From: an uncultured Verrucomicrobiota bacterium
Lineage (GTDB): Bacteria > Verrucomicrobiota > Verrucomicrobiia > Opitutales > Opitutaceae
Reading direction: 5' to 3'
DNA: 64,000 nt
Assembly (NCBI GenBank): GCA_903856725.1
Contig: CAIOCT010000039.1
Coordinates: forward strand, 26,034 to 90,033
The translations under genes and the position numbers were made by a program. Under the pieces are notes generated by a model, which was given only the letters and a program-made list of their open reading frames with translations, did no database searches and was not told the DNA's origin. How positions within the stretch are numbered: position 1 is the stretch's first letter; every line of letters starts with the position of its first letter. Positions 59,921 through 64,000 of this stretch are shown piece by piece.

Positions 59921-60306
59921 TGAATGATGGGAGCAAAATTTCTGTGCAGGGCGGCCAAGCCTTGGGGCAAAATCCTTTTGGTGCGCTCAGTGCGGCCGGT
60001 TTACCCGTGGCGCCAGCTGGTGGGGTGAGTCGCCCATCGGTCTCGAATGCCGTTACGAAAAATCGTGGACGGGTCGATATACTCCGTGAAACTGCTGGGC
60101 GCGGCGGAAAGACCGTCACTGTCGTGACAAATTTTACAGGCATTGGTTTGCCCGAAAAAGAGCAACTCGCTAAAAAAATGCGCAATGCGTGTGGGGCGGG
60201 TGGGACAGTTAAAGACGGGCGAATCGAAATACAGGGAGACCGCCGCGAAATCGTGGCAAAAATTCTAACAGAGGCAGGTTTCCGTCCTGTTTTTGCCGGC
60301 GGGTAG
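59917..60306 (+). CDS. yciH: SUI1/eIF1-family translation factor (YciH-like)
   Basis: GRGGKTVT, CGAGGTVKDGRIEIQGD. Confidence 0.9.
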   Translation: MMNDGSKISVQGGQALGQNPFGALSAAGLPVAPAGGVSRPSVSNAVTKNRGRVDILRETAGRGGKTVTVVTNFTGIGLPEKEQLAKKMRNACGAGGTVKDGRIEIQGDRREIVAKILTEAGFRPVFAGG

Positions 60307-60343
60307 TCGATCATAGCCCCGCGAGCTGTCCGTCTACGAGCTA

Positions 60344-61222
60344 CTACGCCGCTAATCCTGCGGCGAGGGCGAGCGCGCTCCGTGCTCGATTCATAATATA
60401 GAGATGATACCCCGGCGCGCCGTTAGCCAGCAGTCCGCGGATTTGATCGAGCGCCCAGTCGATGCCGATCATTTCAACCACGTCGGGGTTTTCAGCAGCG
60501 ACTTCAAGTCGAGTGATGAGTGGGGGTGGGAGGTGTGCGCCGCACATTTCGGTGAAGCGGCGCACCTGCTTGAGCGAAAGTACAGGCATAATCCCAGGCA
60601 CGATTGGCACCGTAATACCAGCGGCACGGCATTTCTCAACGAATCGATAATAAACACTGTTATCGAAAAATAGCTGCGTCGTAATAAACGCGGCGCCCGC
60701 ATCGACTTTACGCCGGAGGTGTCCGAGATCGAGATCGAGGGAAAGAGCTTCCGGGTGTTTTTCGGGATAACCCGCGACACCCAAACAGAAGTCAGCGTGG
60801 CGTGATTTTAGCAGCTGCACGAGCTCACTTGCATGGCTCAATCCGTCGGGTGCCGGGCGGAACTCGGTGTCACCCTTCGGTGGGTCGCCGCGCAATGTCA
60901 TGATATTGCGAAAGCCGGCTTGGTGCAATTGGTCGGCCGTGGCGCCGAGTTCAGCCCGCGAGTGCCCCACGCACGTCAGGTGCGGCATGACCGTGAAGCC
61001 GAATTCATTTTTTAACATCGCACTGGCTTCGGCGGTGCGATCGCGCGTGGTGCCGCCGGCTCCATAAGTAACCGAGACAAAATCAGGCGCGATATGCTGC
61101 AGGCTCGTGGCGGTCTGGCGGAGGGTCAAAAGGCCGGCTGCATCCTTCGGTGGAAAAAATTCCAACGAACGTACGATGGGCTGTGTGGTCAGTAACTGAG
61201 AGATTAACCGATCGGGTGACAT
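60344..61222 (-). CDS. metF: 5,10-methylenetetrahydrofolate reductase
   Basis: SLEFFPPK, SVTYGAGG, HLTCVG, LRGDPP, YPEKH, ITQLFFD. Confidence 0.96.
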   Translation of the reverse strand: MSPDRLISQLLTTQPIVRSLEFFPPKDAAGLLTLRQTATSLQHIAPDFVSVTYGAGGTTRDRTAEASAMLKNEFGFTVMPHLTCVGHSRAELGATADQLHQAGFRNIMTLRGDPPKGDTEFRPAPDGLSHASELVQLLKSRHADFCLGVAGYPEKHPEALSLDLDLGHLRRKVDAGAAFITTQLFFDNSVYYRFVEKCRAAGITVPIVPGIMPVLSLKQVRRFTEMCGAHLPPPLITRLEVAAENPDVVEMIGIDWALDQIRGLLANGAPGYHLYIMNRARSALALAAGLAA

Positions 61223-61232
61223 TAAATATCAA

Positions 61233-61254
61233 TACATCTGTATTTGATGATATG
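61233..61254 (-). promoter_or_regulatory. Candidate transcription-factor operator upstream of metF
   Basis: Minus strand CATATCATC-aaataca-GATGTA, 10 nt before the metF ATG; matches the metH box. Confidence 0.6.
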
Positions 61255-61304
61255 TAAAGCTAAGAGTCGAGCTGAGCCGGTGAGCCGCCCAGTGCTCCGC
61301 TAGG

Positions 61305-62423
61305 CTAGGCCGGGCTGGGAGCAGCTTCGCGGGCGCGCTCGGTCTTTAAGCGCAATTGGCCACAAGCCGCATCGATGGCGTGGCCTTTCTCACGGCGCAG
61401 AGTGACGGAGACGCCGCCGTTAAAAAGAATTTTAGCAAATTTTTCCTGACGGGTGAGGCTCGGGCGTTTCCATGGCAGGCCCTCGACTGTATTATAAGGA
61501 ATTAAATTTACGTGCGCGTGGAGATCGTAGGCGATGTCACGTAATTTTTCCGCTTGTTCGAGCGAGTCATTGATTTCTTCAATCAGGATAAACTCAAGGG
61601 TGACCATCCGCCCTTTTTTATCCGAGAATTCTTTTACCGCCGGTAACAATTCTCGCAATGGCCACTTTTTATTGACGGGCATGATCTGCTCGCGGACTTC
61701 GTCGGTGGCCCCGTGTAAGCTGATCGCGAGGCGGAGGCCGAGGGGTTCATCCGCGAGTTGTTTAATGCGCGGGACGAGTCCGGACGTGGAGAGGGTGATG
61801 CGGCGGGCGCCAAACCCCAGGCCCCATTCTGCATTCAGAATGGTGAGCGCGCGCATGATCGCATCGTAGTTGTGCAGGGGTTCGCCCATGCCCATGACGA
61901 CCAGATTATCAAAAGAGGCGAGTTCGGCCCGGGCGCGGGGCGTGCGCTCATCTTCTTGTCGGCAAACTTGAATCAGTTGGTGGACGATTTCCCCCGCGCT
62001 CAGGTTGCGTTTGAGGCCTTCCAGGCCTGAGGCGCAGAATTTGCAACCCATGGCGCAGCCCACTTGGGTCGAAATGCAGATCGTTTTGCGGGAGTCTTCT
62101 TGGCCGACGCCCAATTGGGGCGCACGGATGATAACGGTTTCTATAAGGGCTTGATCGCTTAATTCGAGTAACAGTTTATCGGTCACGTCCTCTGATTGTT
62201 TGGTGAGAACGAAAGTGGTGGGATTAAGCACGAATGTTTCGTCGAGCCAGTGGCGCAGCGGTACCGAGAGATTAGTCATCTCAGACCAAGTGCTGACGCG
62301 CTTTTTATAAAGCCAATCAAGAATCTGCCGCGCGCGAAATGCCGGATGCCCATGCTCGGTGAGGAGCAGGGTGAGGGATTCGAGCGTTTCGCCGTGGAGG
62401 GCGCGCTTGGTGGTGGGCATCAT
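61305..62423 (-). CDS. rlmN: Dual-specificity rRNA/tRNA methyltransferase RlmN
   Basis: CISTQVGCAMGCKFC, MGMGEP, AISLHG, AACGQL; start moved to MMPTTK. Confidence 0.95.
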   Translation of the reverse strand: MMPTTKRALHGETLESLTLLLTEHGHPAFRARQILDWLYKKRVSTWSEMTNLSVPLRHWLDETFVLNPTTFVLTKQSEDVTDKLLLELSDQALIETVIIRAPQLGVGQEDSRKTICISTQVGCAMGCKFCASGLEGLKRNLSAGEIVHQLIQVCRQEDERTPRARAELASFDNLVVMGMGEPLHNYDAIMRALTILNAEWGLGFGARRITLSTSGLVPRIKQLADEPLGLRLAISLHGATDEVREQIMPVNKKWPLRELLPAVKEFSDKKGRMVTLEFILIEEINDSLEQAEKLRDIAYDLHAHVNLIPYNTVEGLPWKRPSLTRQEKFAKILFNGGVSVTLRREKGHAIDAACGQLRLKTERAREAAPSPA

Positions 62424-62544
62424 GACTCGCGAGGTTTGCGCTGGACGGAGCCCGCTGGCAAGCGATGAAGCGCGGCGCTCACCGCCCACATCATTAAAAG
62501 AGGGATTGCTCGCCTAGCGGTGGCTGCCCAAGTTTAGCCCAAGC

Positions 62545-63684
62545 ATGAACCTCATTCACCGGCATATTTTTGCAAACGTAGTCCTGACGTGTGCTGCCGC
62601 GGTGGGCTTATTCGCTTTTGTGCTCATGATGGGCAACGCACTGAAAGACCTCTTGCCGCTCATGTTGTCGGGGCAATTAGCATGGGATACGTCCTTGCGC
62701 TTGGTCGGGCTACTGGTGCCGTTTGTGGTCTCGTATGCGTTGCCAATGGGCATGCTGACAGGGATTTTATTGGTATTGGGACGCATGTCTGCTGAAGGCG
62801 AAATTACCGCGCTGCGGGCTTCAGGCTTAAGCGTGGCTTGGTTATCCGCGCCGATATTATTTGCGGCGATTCTTGGGGTCATTCTTTGCGGTCTGATCAA
62901 TTTTCAGTTTATGCCGGTCGCGCGGCTTACCTATCACCGTGAGATGGCGGCGGCGGTGCAGCAAAACCCGCTGAGCTTTATTGTCCCTAAAACCTTTATT
63001 CGGGATTTTCCGGGGATTGTATTGTACGCCGGCGAAAAAAAAGGAGCCGCGCTCAAGGATTTTTGGCTCTGGGAGCTGGATACGAAAAATCGGGTGAAGC
63101 GATTTGCCCGATCTGATTCCGGCCGACTCAATTTTGATGAGGCGAATAATAAATTAATTCTGACCTTAGAACGAACGTCTGCTGAGGTGCGGGATGAGCA
63201 AGATCCTGAGAATTTTACCGAGGCGCGCGGAGCTGCTGCGTGGGATCAAGCAACGTTTGATCTACCCCTCGATAAAGTCACCGGGCAGCGCACGGTTGGG
63301 CTCAAGGACAAATGGCTGACTTTCAGTCAACTCGTAGCGAAATGGCGGCGGCTGAACGTGCCGGATGCCAAATTGACGACCGCCGAGCAAGCCAAGCAGC
63401 AGATGCGCGTGCAGATCGCCTTGCATGAAAAATTTGCCACCGCCTTCTCGGTGTTATCATTTGCGCTCATTGCTATTCCACTCGGGATCAAGGCTTCGCG
63501 TAAAGAGACTTCTGCCAATCTTGGGCTGGGCTTAGCTCTCACAATGGCCTATTATTTTGGGACGATTATCGTGAGTTGGTGCGATAATTATATGAGCTTG
63601 CGGCCCGACCTTCTCATGTGGGTACCGACACTCGCTTTTCAGGCTTTGGGGCTTTGGATGTTTTACAAAATTGATCGTGCCTAG
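62545..63684 (+). CDS. LptF/LptG-family LPS export permease
   Basis: 3+3 TM layout, EGEITALRASGLS, LALIAIPLG-like motif. Confidence 0.9.
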   Translation: MNLIHRHIFANVVLTCAAAVGLFAFVLMMGNALKDLLPLMLSGQLAWDTSLRLVGLLVPFVVSYALPMGMLTGILLVLGRMSAEGEITALRASGLSVAWLSAPILFAAILGVILCGLINFQFMPVARLTYHREMAAAVQQNPLSFIVPKTFIRDFPGIVLYAGEKKGAALKDFWLWELDTKNRVKRFARSDSGRLNFDEANNKLILTLERTSAEVRDEQDPENFTEARGAAAWDQATFDLPLDKVTGQRTVGLKDKWLTFSQLVAKWRRLNVPDAKLTTAEQAKQQMRVQIALHEKFATAFSVLSFALIAIPLGIKASRKETSANLGLGLALTMAYYFGTIIVSWCDNYMSLRPDLLMWVPTLAFQALGLWMFYKIDRA

Positions 63685-63764
63685 CCCTGATGATGGCGAA
63701 ATCACGATCGGTAACCCGTCGCCGCGTAGCGCGTCTCTAGTCAGGTGTTAGTTTATCACCCTCT

Positions 63765-64000
63765 ATGGATCCAGCTGAAGCCGCTTTTGATGTGGCCGCC
63801 TGTCTTAAATTGGTGCGCCGCCGCGACCAAACAGCGGCGCGAAAACTTGTGGAGCATCTCCACCCTCTGGTTATTCGGATCGTGCGCGCTCGGCTCCCGC
63901 GGCGCGTGGCCGAAGAAGACCTCGTGCAGGATATTTTCCTGAAAATGTTTACGCGCCTCGAACAATATCAGGGTAATGTACCGTTCCCCCACTGGGTCTC
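63765..64000 (+). CDS. ECF RNA polymerase sigma-70 factor (5' part, truncated by the window)
   Basis: Manual translation MDPAEAAFDVAACL...EEDLVQDIFLKMFTRLEQYQGNVPFPHWV, a sigma region-2 pattern. Confidence 0.85.
   Translation, partial: MDPAEAAFDVAACLKLVRRRDQTAARKLVEHLHPLVIRIVRARLPRRVAEEDLVQDIFLKMFTRLEQYQGNVPFPHWV

Overview
A ~57% GC bacterial chromosome segment. Gene content and order (lysS-lolCE-lolD, kdsC-lptCAB-hprK-rph, DUF1080/cupredoxin pair, DUF885) suggest Verrucomicrobiota, probably Opitutaceae; this placement is inference. Most of it is housekeeping: lysS, valS, prfB with its programmed +1 frameshift, sucCD, rph, rlmN, recQ, katG, Lol and Lpt envelope genes, gmd-fcl, and a Wzc-type polysaccharide export locus. 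I found no tRNA, rRNA, CRISPR array, transposase or intact prophage. The most interesting content is a dispersed methionine/SAM regulatory layer. (i) A SAM-I-clan riboswitch, with a visible terminator/antiterminator switch, controls only an 83-aa protein that looks like a free-standing integrase arm-type DNA-binding domain. (ii) A shared 22-bp box sits just upstream of both metH and metF, 35 kb apart. (iii) A cobalamin riboswitch precedes a BtuB-like receptor that is divergent from metH. Other oddities are a stand-alone MmeI-type target-recognition domain coupled to recQ, a catalytically dead M50-like membrane domain fused to two cNMP domains, tandem DTW paralogues, and two small ORFs not shown as such in the supplied track. 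Family names are from recognition of motifs, not from database searches, and several start codons were adjusted by eye.
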